A DNA stretch of 64,000 nt. Source: an uncultured Gammaproteobacteria bacterium (lineage in GTDB: Bacteria; Actinomycetota; Acidimicrobiia; Spongiisociales; SHLN01). A program made the position numbers and the translations under genes. Of the stretch, positions 29,339 through 38,843 are shown one piece after another (the stretch's first letter is position 1; every line of letters begins with the position of its first letter). The DNA lies in NCBI GenBank assembly GCA_964195905.1, contig CAXMQV010000005.1, positions 10,326-74,325 of the forward strand. The letters run 5' to 3'. A model generated the notes under the pieces. The model had not been told where the DNA came from, made no database searches, and was given only the letters and a program-made list of their open reading frames with translations.

Positions 29339-30339
29339 AAGTATTGATCGCAGACGACAGTCCGGTCCTTGTGACCGCCCTCCGCAAGCTGCTCGAACAG
29401 AGCGGTTATGAGGTCGTGGCGGCGATGGACGGTTTGGAAGCGGTTCAGAGGTTCTATCAGGAGAATCCCGACCTTGTGCTCCTCGACATTCAGATGCCCA
29501 AGCTCCATGGCTATGTGGTTTGCCGCTTGATCAAGGAAGACCCGGCATCGCGCCATATTCCCGTTCTCATTCTCACCGGCCGCGACTCGGCCGAGGATCG
29601 CTACTGGGGCAACCGCTCGGGCGCCGATGGCTACCTGACGAAAGAGTCCATGGGCGACGAACTGCTCGATGCGATTCAGTCGGCGCTCGCCAGCCGCGCT
29701 CTGTCCGACATGGGCCGGGTGGAGCCGCTTCCCCAGTCGCTCGACGAGAGTGACGTGCTCAGCCGGGTGTGCGAAGTCCTCGACCGCAAGCTCTTTGAGG
29801 CCACCATCGTGAACGACATCGTCGGGGTGGGGGTCCGTGCAATGGATCTGGAGGCGACCGTCGGTGAGGCGCTCAACATCATCCGGCGCATCCTCGACTT
29901 CGACGCGGCCGCGGTTGTCCTTCCCAATGAGCGGCGCTTGCTGACCCGGTTCGAGAAGACCTGCTCCACGGGCGACTTCGACGAGTTTCGTTCGCTGAGC
30001 GCCCTCAGGTGCCGTCAGTTCACGACCGCCGATGTGACCGTCGACGATCTCAACGTTGCCTTCGTGAATGGTGTCACTTCTGAAGAGATGATCGATGCCT
30101 CGGCAGGAGTGGAAGACAAGGGCTGGCCCTCCTTCGCAGTGGCTCCGCTGTGGTCCCGCGGCGAGGTGGTTGGCGTCCTGGTGCTCGGCTCTCAGCGGGA
30201 GGAGGCCTTCTCCGACGCCACCGATCGCACGCTCCGCACGATCGAGCCCCACGTCGCCAGCATCGTCGATTCCGCCCGCCACTATCAGAAGCTGCTTGAG
30301 CAAGAGGCAAGAAGCTCGCTGAGCTCCCTCTTCGAGTAG
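29335..30339 (+). CDS. Response regulator, REC + GAF-like output domain
   Basis: MKVLIADDSPVL...LLDIQMPKLHG...GADGYLTKE, then a C-terminal ...APLWSRGEVVGVLVLGSQREEAFSD... GAF-like region. ATGA overlap with the kinase. Confidence 0.75.
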   Translation: MKVLIADDSPVLVTALRKLLEQSGYEVVAAMDGLEAVQRFYQENPDLVLLDIQMPKLHGYVVCRLIKEDPASRHIPVLILTGRDSAEDRYWGNRSGADGYLTKESMGDELLDAIQSALASRALSDMGRVEPLPQSLDESDVLSRVCEVLDRKLFEATIVNDIVGVGVRAMDLEATVGEALNIIRRILDFDAAAVVLPNERRLLTRFEKTCSTGDFDEFRSLSALRCRQFTTADVTVDDLNVAFVNGVTSEEMIDASAGVEDKGWPSFAVAPLWSRGEVVGVLVLGSQREEAFSDATDRTLRTIEPHVASIVDSARHYQKLLEQEARSSLSSLFE

Positions 30340-30351
30340 AGCCCAGCTCGC

Positions 30352-30365
30352 TGTCACCGGTGACC
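30352..30365. repeat. TGTCACC/GGTGACC palindrome (gtcaccggtgac)
   Basis: 12-nt perfect palindrome, 13 nt after the stop of the REC-GAF gene. Confidence 0.8.
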
Positions 30366-30420
30366 GGCTAGAACTACACCCGTGGAATTCCTGTTCGGGA
30401 ACTCTCGTATACTCGCCCCC

Positions 30421-32613
30421 ATGTCTTCTGAGTCCTCTCTGTTTGTTGACCTCAATCCGGCCCAGCGCGAGGCGGTAGCCGCCACTGATGGGCCGGTGTT
30501 GGTGGTGGCCGGGGCCGGGTCGGGTAAGACGAGGGTGCTGACCTACCGGATTGCCCACCTCGTCCAGGATCTCGAGGTCTCTCCCTATCAGATCCTGGCG
30601 ATCACCTTCACCAACAAGGCCGCCTCCGAGATGAAGGACCGGGTCGGCGAGCTCGTCGGGCCGGTCATCAATTCGATGTGGGTTTCCACGTTTCATTCGG
30701 CCTGTGTCCGGATTCTGCGTCGGGAAGCGACCCGGTTCGGGTACAAGTCATCGTTCTCCATTTACGACGGGGCCGACTCGCTGCGCCTGGTCACCTATTG
30801 CCTACGCGACCTCGACCTCGACACAAAGCGATTTCCGCCCCGCAACATTCGAGCCGCCATCAGCAACGCCAAGAACGAGCTGATAGATCACGAGACCTTT
30901 GCTTCGCAGGGGAGTGGTTACTTCCACGAACAGGTGTCCGAGGTGTATCGCCTCTACCAACAGCGGCTGGTGGAGGCCTCGGCCATGGATTTCGACGATC
31001 TTCTCAAGGTGACCGTCGAGTTGCTCGGCGCCTTCCCCGAGGTCCTCTCCTACTACCAGGACAGGTTCCGCTACATCCTCATCGACGAGTACCAGGACAC
31101 GAACCACGCCCAGTACATGCTCGTGAAGATGCTGGCCGCCAAGCACGGCAACCTGTGCGTCGTGGGGGATTCGGATCAGAGCATCTATGCGTTCCGGGGC
31201 GCCAACATCCGCAACATCATCGAGTTCGAGCGGGACTACCCCGATGCTCGCATCGTGCTTCTCGAGCAGAACTACCGGTCAACGCAGAACATTCTCGATG
31301 CCGCCAATTCGGTCATCGCCAACAACCCGGCCCGTCAACCGAAGCGGCTCTGGACCGATGCCGGGGGCGGAGAGAAGATCCGTCGCTACGAGGCCCAGGA
31401 TGAGCGCGACGAGGCGGCCTATGTGTCTGAGAAGATCGGGGAACTGGAGTCAGACGGCTTCGCCGCCCGCGACATGGCCGTGTTCTATCGGACAAACGCC
31501 CAGAGCCGCGTGCTCGAGGAAGTGTTCGTCCGCTACGGAATCCCCTATCAAGTGGTGGGTGGGACCAAGTTCTACGAGCGGCGGGAGATCAAGGATGGCT
31601 TCGGTTACCTCCAGGTGCTGATCAACCCCGACGACCAGGTCGCCGTGAAACGGATTCTCAACTCTCCAAAACGCGGCATCGGGGACACTTCGGTCGGCCA
31701 TATCGACCGCTTTTCCCAGGCTGAGGGCATTTCGTTCTATGACGCCCTGCTCAAGATCAACGACATCCCCGGCGTTTCGCCGCGGGCGGCCAGGTCGGTG
31801 GCCGAGTTCCTCGGTCTGCTCGACTTCCTCCGCGAGAAGGCCGAGGATGGCCCGCGGGCAGCCGTCGACGCCATGCTGTCCGACAGCGGTCTCGTGCAGG
31901 CGTTCGAAGCTGAGCGAACGGTCGAAGCGCTCGGGCGGGTCGAGAACCTGAAAGAGATGCTCACCATTGCCGAGGAGTTCGAGGAGAGCGGGCCCGGCCG
32001 TGAGAACGCCGACGGGGTCCCCTGGGTGGAGATCGGGGGCATCGAGCGCCTCCAGTTGTTCCTTGAGACCGTGAGCCTCGTCAACGAGGTCGACGAGCTC
32101 GGCGACGGCGACCATACGGGATCGGTCACCCTCATGACGCTCCACAACGCAAAGGGTCTTGAGTTCCCGGTCATCTTCATGGTCGGGCTCGAAGACGGGG
32201 TGTTCCCACACATGCGCTCGCTCGGTGAACCGGCCGAGATGGAGGAGGAGCGCCGGTTGTTCTACGTGGGTGTGACGCGGGCCGAGCAGCGGCTCTTCCT
32301 GATCAATGCCATCCAGCGGGCCCTGTGGGGCGCCCCCAACTTCAATGGCCCGAGTCGATTCCTGCGTGAGGTGCCCGATCACCTGATCGAGGAGGAGTCG
32401 CGGGTGAAACGTGATCGCCGGGAGTCGATCATTCCCAAACCCGACGCCCTCTCCGAGGTTCATCCCGGCGAGATGGTGATTCACGATCATTGGGGCCGGG
32501 GAACGGTGGTAACGGTGGCCGGCACCGGCGATAAGGCGGAGGCGGTTGTTGAGTTCGACGGCGAAGGCAAGAAGACCCTGCTGCTGGCCTGGGCCCCGTT
32601 GCGCAAGGTGTAG
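30421..32613 (+). CDS. pcrA: ATP-dependent DNA helicase PcrA/UvrD
   Basis: LNPAQREAV...VVAGAGSGKTRVL, DEYQDTN, TLHNAKGLEF, VGVTRAE. Confidence 0.93.
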   Translation: MSSESSLFVDLNPAQREAVAATDGPVLVVAGAGSGKTRVLTYRIAHLVQDLEVSPYQILAITFTNKAASEMKDRVGELVGPVINSMWVSTFHSACVRILRREATRFGYKSSFSIYDGADSLRLVTYCLRDLDLDTKRFPPRNIRAAISNAKNELIDHETFASQGSGYFHEQVSEVYRLYQQRLVEASAMDFDDLLKVTVELLGAFPEVLSYYQDRFRYILIDEYQDTNHAQYMLVKMLAAKHGNLCVVGDSDQSIYAFRGANIRNIIEFERDYPDARIVLLEQNYRSTQNILDAANSVIANNPARQPKRLWTDAGGGEKIRRYEAQDERDEAAYVSEKIGELESDGFAARDMAVFYRTNAQSRVLEEVFVRYGIPYQVVGGTKFYERREIKDGFGYLQVLINPDDQVAVKRILNSPKRGIGDTSVGHIDRFSQAEGISFYDALLKINDIPGVSPRAARSVAEFLGLLDFLREKAEDGPRAAVDAMLSDSGLVQAFEAERTVEALGRVENLKEMLTIAEEFEESGPGRENADGVPWVEIGGIERLQLFLETVSLVNEVDELGDGDHTGSVTLMTLHNAKGLEFPVIFMVGLEDGVFPHMRSLGEPAEMEEERRLFYVGVTRAEQRLFLINAIQRALWGAPNFNGPSRFLREVPDHLIEEESRVKRDRRESIIPKPDALSEVHPGEMVIHDHWGRGTVVTVAGTGDKAEAVVEFDGEGKKTLLLAWAPLRKV

Positions 32614-32616
32614 GAC

Positions 32617-33087
32617 GTGAACGATCAGACTGCGTCGGCCGTCGGCCTGGAGATCCGGGCGATCTCTGCCGACGATGCCTTTCCGTTGCGACGCCACCAC
32701 CTCCGGCCCGGATTGCCCCCCGAAGCCTCCCGATACGCCGGCGACGACCACCCCGCCGCCTTTCATCTCGGGGCTTTCTCCGGCGACGAGGAACTGGTCG
32801 GTGTTGTCTCGTTTTTCCCCGGCACCGAGCAAGGTGAGGTCGAAACGGCCGTGTACCAGTTGCAGGGCATGGTCACCCGGCCGACCATGCGCAATGCCAG
32901 CATCGGCACGCGACTCGTACAGGAAGGCATCACCCGTCTCATTGCCATGGGCGTTGTCCGGGTGTGGTGCGACGGCCGGACCCCCGCCAGGTCGTTCTAC
33001 GAACGGCTCGGCTTCCACTCCGTCGGTGAGGAGTTCGTTACGCCGGCGACGGGACCCCACTATCGGTTTGTGCGGGACCTCGCCTGA
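32617..33087 (+). CDS. GNAT family N-acetyltransferase
   Basis: QLQGMVTRPTMRNASIGTRLV...ARSFYERLGF. GTG start. Confidence 0.7.
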   Translation: MNDQTASAVGLEIRAISADDAFPLRRHHLRPGLPPEASRYAGDDHPAAFHLGAFSGDEELVGVVSFFPGTEQGEVETAVYQLQGMVTRPTMRNASIGTRLVQEGITRLIAMGVVRVWCDGRTPARSFYERLGFHSVGEEFVTPATGPHYRFVRDLA

Positions 33088-33138
33088 GGGTGGGCTTGCC
33101 AGGCGGAGCTAGCCTCCTGGCACCACGAGAGGGTCTGG

Positions 33139-35220
33139 TTGGATACGCGGGCTGACGAGCGACCGGATGACAGCATCGGTGCGGACCTGCCGGTGGAACC
33201 GGCCGGGTCCCGTCCATATCCGGACATGCGCCCCCTGCTCGCCGTTGTGGGGGCATTTGGCCTCGCCTACTACTTCGCTTTCACCCGCCTGGTACGCGGT
33301 GATGTCTTCAACTCCTACCCGTTCATCTCCGCCGATGGATTCGACTGGCTCGTCGAGGGCCTGGCGGTAGCCCGCTGGTTTGATGGGATCGCCGTTCCCG
33401 AACTCCCAGCGGCTCGTAGTCCCGGCTTTGTCAGCGTGACGTTCGCCGATTTCCATATTGGAGCAGACGGCGGTGTGATGTTCGCCGTCATCGCTGCGGC
33501 GGTGGTCGCCTCGCTGGCGGCGATGCTTGTTCTGGCCCGATGGAACCGGGTGCCGCGCTATCAGGCCGGGGTCGTGGTTCTCGCCTTCGCCCTCTCTCCA
33601 CTCGGGTACTACCGGATGTGGATTCTCTCTGATCAGATCGCCGCTGCTCTGCTCGCCGTAGCGGCGGTCGCGCTTTACCCGTATGTCACCAGGGGAAGCC
33701 GGTGGTGGCTGGGCCTGGCAACCCTCGCAGCCGCTCTGGGGGGCGCTACCCAGCTCTACGGGCTGATCGGGTTCGGGGTGGCGGGTGGATGGGTGTTTGT
33801 CGTCTCAATGTGGCGTCGGAAGCCCGACTATCTGCTGGCCGGTGCCCTCGTGGCGGCGCCGGCGACAACACTCGCGCTCTCGAAAGTCTGGTTGGGTCAG
33901 GTGCCGCACAGCAGCGTGCCACCTCAACTCGGCTTGATCGAGCTCAGCTTTGACATGCTCGGGTTCTATGTCAACGCCTGGTCGTTCGCGTTCCTCGCCC
34001 TTCTGCCACTTCTCGTCGTGCTCTTCATCTATCGACGGCACCAGGTGGTGAGATCCCCACTTCTGACCGGCTATTGGCTCAGCGTGCTGGTGCTGATGGC
34101 GGGGACGTTCTTCTACCAGTTCGAGGAATTCCGGTTCACCATTCCAACCGGTTCGATGCTCGGCATTGCCATCGTGGCGAGCCTGTCGGGCGAGCACCCT
34201 TTGCCACGGCCGCGGGAACTGATGGTGGTCACAGCAACGCTTGCCATCATCGTGGGTCTCACTTTGGCGCCGGCCAGCTACTGGATTCCGAGATGGTCGG
34301 AAGTCAGGCTGGATCCATCCGGCACCTATTTCTCCCGTCTGATCACCGTCGGGCCGGTGGATCGGTTCTCGGTTGGCCCCTCTTGCGATTTCGACCGGGT
34401 CTGCCGGGGTATGGCGATCCCTGCCGGTGTCACCGACCACGAGCGCGCCCTCTTTGCTATCTACCGCCATCTCGCCAATGCCGACCCCTCGACATCGGTT
34501 GAGGATTTCCTGGAAGGGGTATACAGCGGCCTCTTCCTGGTGCGCAATACCAACGATTGTTGCGTAGCCGAAACCTCACTCTCGTTCGGGCTGACCGGTG
34601 ACCGGCCGATTAGCGGCAACTGGGATGGGCGGGCGGTCGGAACCCTATTCGGAACCGACACACCGGGACTCTTCCGGAGCGGCGTGTGGCTGCTCGTGAC
34701 TTCGGTTGTGGCACGCCAGGCCGACCTGGAGTTCAGATTCGGTGAAGCCGGGGATGTGCCCGTTGTCGGGGATTGGGATGGCGACGGGATCGATACCGTC
34801 GGAGTGTTCCGCGGCGGGGTCTGGATGCTTCGGAATTCGAATTCGGCGGGGCCGGTCGATGTCGAGTTCAGGTTCGGTGAAGTCGGGGACGTGCCGGTTT
34901 CAGGCGATTGGGACGGGGATGGGGTCGACACGGCCGGTGTCTACCGCAACGACCGTTGGCTGCTCAGGAATTCCAACGCGGAGGGTCCGCCCGACGTCTC
35001 GCTGGTTATGGGCGGCGACCTCGGCCGGCCGGTGGTGGGGGATTGGAATGGCGATGGTGCCGACACGATCGGCCTCTTCGACCAGGGATTCTGGAGGGTG
35101 CGTAATTCGACTACCACCGGTCCTGACGATCTCCAGTTCCATTTTGGCGCCTGGGGTGACCTACCCCTCACCGGTGACTGGGATGGTGATGGAGTCGACA
35201 CCATTGGTGTTGCACGGTAG
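33139..35220 (+). CDS. Polytopic membrane protein with five C-terminal GDWDGDG (FG-GAP/VCBS-like) repeats
   Basis: About 10 hydrophobic helices (residues ~30-400), then 5 repeats of ~45 aa: FRFGE.GDVPV.GDWDGDG.DT.GV.R.G.W.LRNSN. Start is TTG 33139 or ATG 33226. Confidence 0.7.
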   Translation: MDTRADERPDDSIGADLPVEPAGSRPYPDMRPLLAVVGAFGLAYYFAFTRLVRGDVFNSYPFISADGFDWLVEGLAVARWFDGIAVPELPAARSPGFVSVTFADFHIGADGGVMFAVIAAAVVASLAAMLVLARWNRVPRYQAGVVVLAFALSPLGYYRMWILSDQIAAALLAVAAVALYPYVTRGSRWWLGLATLAAALGGATQLYGLIGFGVAGGWVFVVSMWRRKPDYLLAGALVAAPATTLALSKVWLGQVPHSSVPPQLGLIELSFDMLGFYVNAWSFAFLALLPLLVVLFIYRRHQVVRSPLLTGYWLSVLVLMAGTFFYQFEEFRFTIPTGSMLGIAIVASLSGEHPLPRPRELMVVTATLAIIVGLTLAPASYWIPRWSEVRLDPSGTYFSRLITVGPVDRFSVGPSCDFDRVCRGMAIPAGVTDHERALFAIYRHLANADPSTSVEDFLEGVYSGLFLVRNTNDCCVAETSLSFGLTGDRPISGNWDGRAVGTLFGTDTPGLFRSGVWLLVTSVVARQADLEFRFGEAGDVPVVGDWDGDGIDTVGVFRGGVWMLRNSNSAGPVDVEFRFGEVGDVPVSGDWDGDGVDTAGVYRNDRWLLRNSNAEGPPDVSLVMGGDLGRPVVGDWNGDGADTIGLFDQGFWRVRNSTTTGPDDLQFHFGAWGDLPLTGDWDGDGVDTIGVAR

Positions 35221-35223
35221 ACG

Positions 35224-35240
35224 GGAACGCTTCGCGTTCC
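35224..35240 (+). terminator. Hairpin ggaacgc-TTC-gcgttcc followed by TTGGGAG
   Basis: 3 nt after the stop. Same template as the hairpin after groEL, with one compensatory base pair. Confidence 0.55.
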
Positions 35241-35350
35241 TTGGGAGCCACTTCGTGCCTCCACCTCAATGGGATCTTGGGGGCAAACGGCTCTGGTGGC
35301 CGGTGGCGAGCCGGGTGACACTGGTCGGATCGAGTCAACGGAGGGGTTCC

Positions 35351-35692
35351 ATGACGAAGGTAGAAGAGATTCTCACTCAAGCGCGCGACACGCTCACGGT
35401 TCGGCGGGTCTTCGGAGAGCCGATCACCCAGAACGGAGTCACCATTGTCCCGGCGGCGGCCGTTCGGGGCGGGGGAGGGGGAGGCGAAGGCGACCCCGGG
35501 AAAGAATCTCCTGGTGGTTCGGGCGGTGGGTTCGGCATGACTGCCCGCCCCGTTGGGGCCTATCGGATCAGGGGGGACGAGGTCGATTGGGTTCCCGCCG
35601 CCGACACTACGAGGGTGATCCTGCTGGCTGAGGTGTTGGGCATCGTGGCCCTGTTGGTGGTGCGATCCGTGCTCAGGAGCCGTCGACGCTGA
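35351..35692 (+). CDS. GerW/YtfJ-family protein
   Basis: [40 protein letters not shown]...[18 protein letters not shown] ggagggg. Confidence 0.65.
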   Translation: MTKVEEILTQARDTLTVRRVFGEPITQNGVTIVPAAAVRGGGGGGEGDPGKESPGGSGGGFGMTARPVGAYRIRGDEVDWVPAADTTRVILLAEVLGIVALLVVRSVLRSRRR

Positions 35693-37439
35693 GATCCCGG
35701 ATGGCCGACAGAAAGACCTCGCCGTAGGTCTCCAGTTTCTTCGGCCCCACCCCGCTGACGTCGAGCAGTTCGGCCGGCGTGGAAGGACGCCGTTCGATCA
35801 TTTCTGCGAGCGTGGCATCGCTGAAGACGATGTAGGCAGGCACGCCCGCCTCATCGGCGAGTTGTCGCCGGACCGCCTTCAGGGCTTCGAAGGCCGGTCC
35901 TTCGGCCGCGGGCATCGTCGGAGCGGCCCTCGGGGCCGTCCGCTTTGAGCCACCGGACAGACCGGCGAGGATGTCGGCTCCGGTGCACACATGGCACGAT
36001 TCGCCGCAGTCGTCGATGACTTCGCCGAAGTACCCGACGATGGTTCGGTGCCGGCAGGCCAGACGATCGGCCCAGTTGAACATGTGGCGGATCCTTCGGT
36101 CGCCTCCTTCTTCTCCGTCCCTAGTCATGCGCTCCAGATTGATGACATCGGCCCACGAGTAGAAAAGGATGCAGTCGCTCGGGAGACCGTCGCGGCCCGC
36201 CCGGCCGATTTCCTGGTAGTAGGACTCGATCGACCTGGGCATGTCCCGATGAATGACGTATCGGACATTCGACTTGTCGATGCCCATGCCAAAGGCGATG
36301 GTGGCGCAGATCACCTCGATCTCGTCATGGATGAAAGCATCCTGGACGGCGGCTCGGGCTTCTCGCTCCAGCCCGGCGTGATAGGGCATCGCCGCCACTC
36401 CCATGCTTCGCAAGTACTCGGCGGTGGACTCGGCCGATTTGCGCGACAGCGTGTACACGATGCCGCTTTGCCCGGGTCGGGCCAGGCACAGCTTGCCAAT
36501 GGACTCGCGCACCTTGACCCGCCGACCGTCGGCGCTTTCGCCCTTCTTGACGACATGGATGTTCAGATTGGAGCGCAGGAACGAGCCCCGGAACAGCACC
36601 GGCTTGCGAAGGGCCAGCTGATCCTCGATGTCGCGGGTCACCTCGGAGGTAGCGGTGGCGGTGAGGGCGAGAACCGGGACACCGAATCTGTCTTTCAATC
36701 CCTGCAAGTTCCGGTAGGCGGGCCGGAAGTCGTGGCCCCATTGGCTGATACAGTGCGCTTCGTCGACGGCGATGAGCCGGAGATCGACACCCGACAGCGC
36801 CCCTCCCACCGAAGCCTCCAGTCCTTCCGGGGCGGCATACACCAGTTCATATTCGCCCCGTCGCATCTTGGCGATGCGGTCGGACCGTTCTTGCGGAGCC
36901 AGACTCGAGTTGAGGTAAGTGGAGCGGAATCCGGCCTGATCGAGCCCGTCGACCTGGTCTTTCATGAGGGCGATGAGCGGCGAGATCACCAGTGTGGTGC
37001 CGCCCAGCACCCTGGCGGCGAGCTGGAACGTGAGCGACTTGCCCGCCCCGGTGGGCATGACACCGATGCAATCGCGGCCGCCTACGACGGCGTCGATGAT
37101 CTCGCGCTGGCCGCGTCGGAAGCTCGAGAACCCGAAGGTGGCCTTCAGTGCCTCGTCGACGGCGGAGGCCAGGAGGGTGGAGAGGCCGGCGCTCAGATCG
37201 GTCAAGAGCGCGACCTGGTCGGCCGCGAACGACCCGGGATCCTGGCTCCAGAGTTGTCGGAGCGCTCCGAGCTGTCCGGCCGCTTCGGTGTAATCGCCGG
37301 CGACTATCCGCTCATCGAGCTGAGAGATGGCTTGGTCGATTCCAGCGCTCGTGTCTTCCATCGGACGATGACGGTACTCGACGGCGGCAACAGACGTGGA
37401 CATGACGGCAGTGTGCCCGACGGGTGCGACAAATCGCAT
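35673..37439 (-). CDS. recQ: ATP-dependent DNA helicase RecQ
   Basis: [14 protein letters not shown]...[27 protein letters not shown], a Zn-binding CHVC region, and a C-terminal HRDC ([29 protein letters not shown]). Start is ATG 37439 or 37403; the 905-aa extension to 38390 is rejected. Confidence 0.9.
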   Translation of the reverse strand: MRFVAPVGHTAVMSTSVAAVEYRHRPMEDTSAGIDQAISQLDERIVAGDYTEAAGQLGALRQLWSQDPGSFAADQVALLTDLSAGLSTLLASAVDEALKATFGFSSFRRGQREIIDAVVGGRDCIGVMPTGAGKSLTFQLAARVLGGTTLVISPLIALMKDQVDGLDQAGFRSTYLNSSLAPQERSDRIAKMRRGEYELVYAAPEGLEASVGGALSGVDLRLIAVDEAHCISQWGHDFRPAYRNLQGLKDRFGVPVLALTATATSEVTRDIEDQLALRKPVLFRGSFLRSNLNIHVVKKGESADGRRVKVRESIGKLCLARPGQSGIVYTLSRKSAESTAEYLRSMGVAAMPYHAGLEREARAAVQDAFIHDEIEVICATIAFGMGIDKSNVRYVIHRDMPRSIESYYQEIGRAGRDGLPSDCILFYSWADVINLERMTRDGEEGGDRRIRHMFNWADRLACRHRTIVGYFGEVIDDCGESCHVCTGADILAGLSGGSKRTAPRAAPTMPAAEGPAFEALKAVRRQLADEAGVPAYIVFSDATLAEMIERRPSTPAELLDVSGVGPKKLETYGEVFLSAIRDLSVDGS

Positions 37440-37499
37440 CGGCGCCCGTCGAATCCGCCCCACCGTGAACGTCTTACCAGGTAAGGAAAGGAACAAACA

Positions 37500-38252
37500 A
37501 TGAGACGAGCCATCGTCGTGGCCGTGAGTACTGCGCTGTTGATGATACTGTTCGGCGGCGTTGCGGCCGCCAACTCCTCCATCGACGGCGACGCAACTGA
37601 GGCCGATTCGGTCGTTCGAATCGACGATGACGTTGAGGCGAGCCACATCTGGAAGCGCTGTCGCCACTTGTTCGGTGACGAGGACCTGACCGCGGTTGCC
37701 AAAGAGCGCTGCCGGCAGCTGTGGAAGCGGTGGTGTGAGGCCCATCCGGATTCCCGCCGGTGCCATCGCCCGGATCCACCCCCACCGCCACCGCCGTGCT
37801 ACGACCGGTTGACCGATCACCGATGCATACCGATTCCGTGTCTCAGTGTCGATCGGTTGGTTGACCGGCGCTGCATTCCGAACCCATGTCTCATCGATCA
37901 GCTGGCCGACCGGCTGTGCATCCCTGATCCGTGCCGAATCGCGGATTTGGCAGCGGACCGGGTGTGCGTGCCCGATCCGTGTCTGCGAGCAGACGGAATC
38001 CTCCCGTGCGTGCCCGACCCGTGTCTGCGAGCCGATGGAATCATCACGTGCGTACCCGACCCCACGGAAGTCCCCAAGGTCCGCCCCATCGACCGGCCGG
38101 TCGACCGTCCGATCGATGTCCCACCGGATCGTCCCTCCGACAAGCCACCGGAGGTTCGGCCGAAGGGTCGGACCCCCGACCGCACAACCGACCGTCCAAT
38201 CGATCGAGTAGGAAATGACTTTCACCTTCGAGCTCTCGACGCCGATTCCTAG
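37500..38252 (+). CDS. Secreted protein with six tandem C-[IV]-P-x-P-C repeats and a Pro/Asp/Arg-rich tail
   Basis: Signal-like [26 protein letters not shown]. Repeats [14 protein letters not shown] / [14 protein letters not shown] / [14 protein letters not shown] / [14 protein letters not shown] / [12 protein letters not shown] / [10 protein letters not shown] (DNA 37800-38060, 42-48-nt units). SD-like aaggaaagg upstream. Confidence 0.6.
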   Translation: MRRAIVVAVSTALLMILFGGVAAANSSIDGDATEADSVVRIDDDVEASHIWKRCRHLFGDEDLTAVAKERCRQLWKRWCEAHPDSRRCHRPDPPPPPPPCYDRLTDHRCIPIPCLSVDRLVDRRCIPNPCLIDQLADRLCIPDPCRIADLAADRVCVPDPCLRADGILPCVPDPCLRADGIITCVPDPTEVPKVRPIDRPVDRPIDVPPDRPSDKPPEVRPKGRTPDRTTDRPIDRVGNDFHLRALDADS

Positions 38253-38842
38253 GAGTACTCTCGCAACCCAGGGGCGAGCAATTACGCGTGATCCGAGCAA
38301 CGCAGAATTGGACGCACTCCCCGAGGGGGTGCGTCGGCTCGCGCCCGAGTCCTTCCGCCGGCTGTACGAATTGCTGGCTGATGGGCTCAACTCGTTTGCC
38401 TATTCGATGCTGCGCGATGGGAATGCCGCCGAGGACGCCGTTCAGCAGGCCTTCCTGGAACTCGTCAAGGCGGCTCCCACCATCCGGGGGGACGGCGCTT
38501 CGCTGCGAGCCTGGCTGTTTCGGAGCGTTCGCTACCGGTGCCTCGACGAGATACGCCGCCGGGAGCGGAGCCGCGAAACGCTGCACGGACAGGTCCCGGA
38601 TTACCTTCTCCCCACGGATCCTTGCGGGGGGTGGTGGCGACCTCGAGGTCGCCATGGCCGAGTTGACGGATCAGCAGCGGGCCGTGCTGTTTCTCCGTCA
38701 CGTCATGGGCATGAGCGGTCGCGAGTTCGCGGCCGTCCTTGAGACGAACCGGGCGGCCGTGTTCGCAACGGCCGCCCGCGCCGAGCGGCGGCTCCGCCAG
38801 GTTATGTCCGACGACGCGTCGGCAGGCGGGATGGGTGCCTGA
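38215..38842 (+). pseudogene. ECF (group 4) sigma-70 factor interrupted by a +1 frame change at a G6 run
   Basis: Region 2 ([37 protein letters not shown]...LRAWLFRSVRYRCLDEIRRRER) lies in the frame of 38215. Region 4 (LEVAMAELTDQQRAVLFLRHVMGMSGREFAAVLETNRAAVFATAARAERRLRQ) lies in the frame of 38288. The frames meet at gcGGGGGGtgg, 38626-38631. Confidence 0.8.
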
Positions 38843-38843
38843 G

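Noticed and set aside
37440-38390. 5' extension making RecQ 905 aa.
   Set aside because: The extension has no helicase motifs and is low-complexity. It is antisense to a plus-strand ORF with a signal peptide, an SD and a periodic Cys repeat. Canonical RecQ begins shortly before the FGF..FR.GQ motif.
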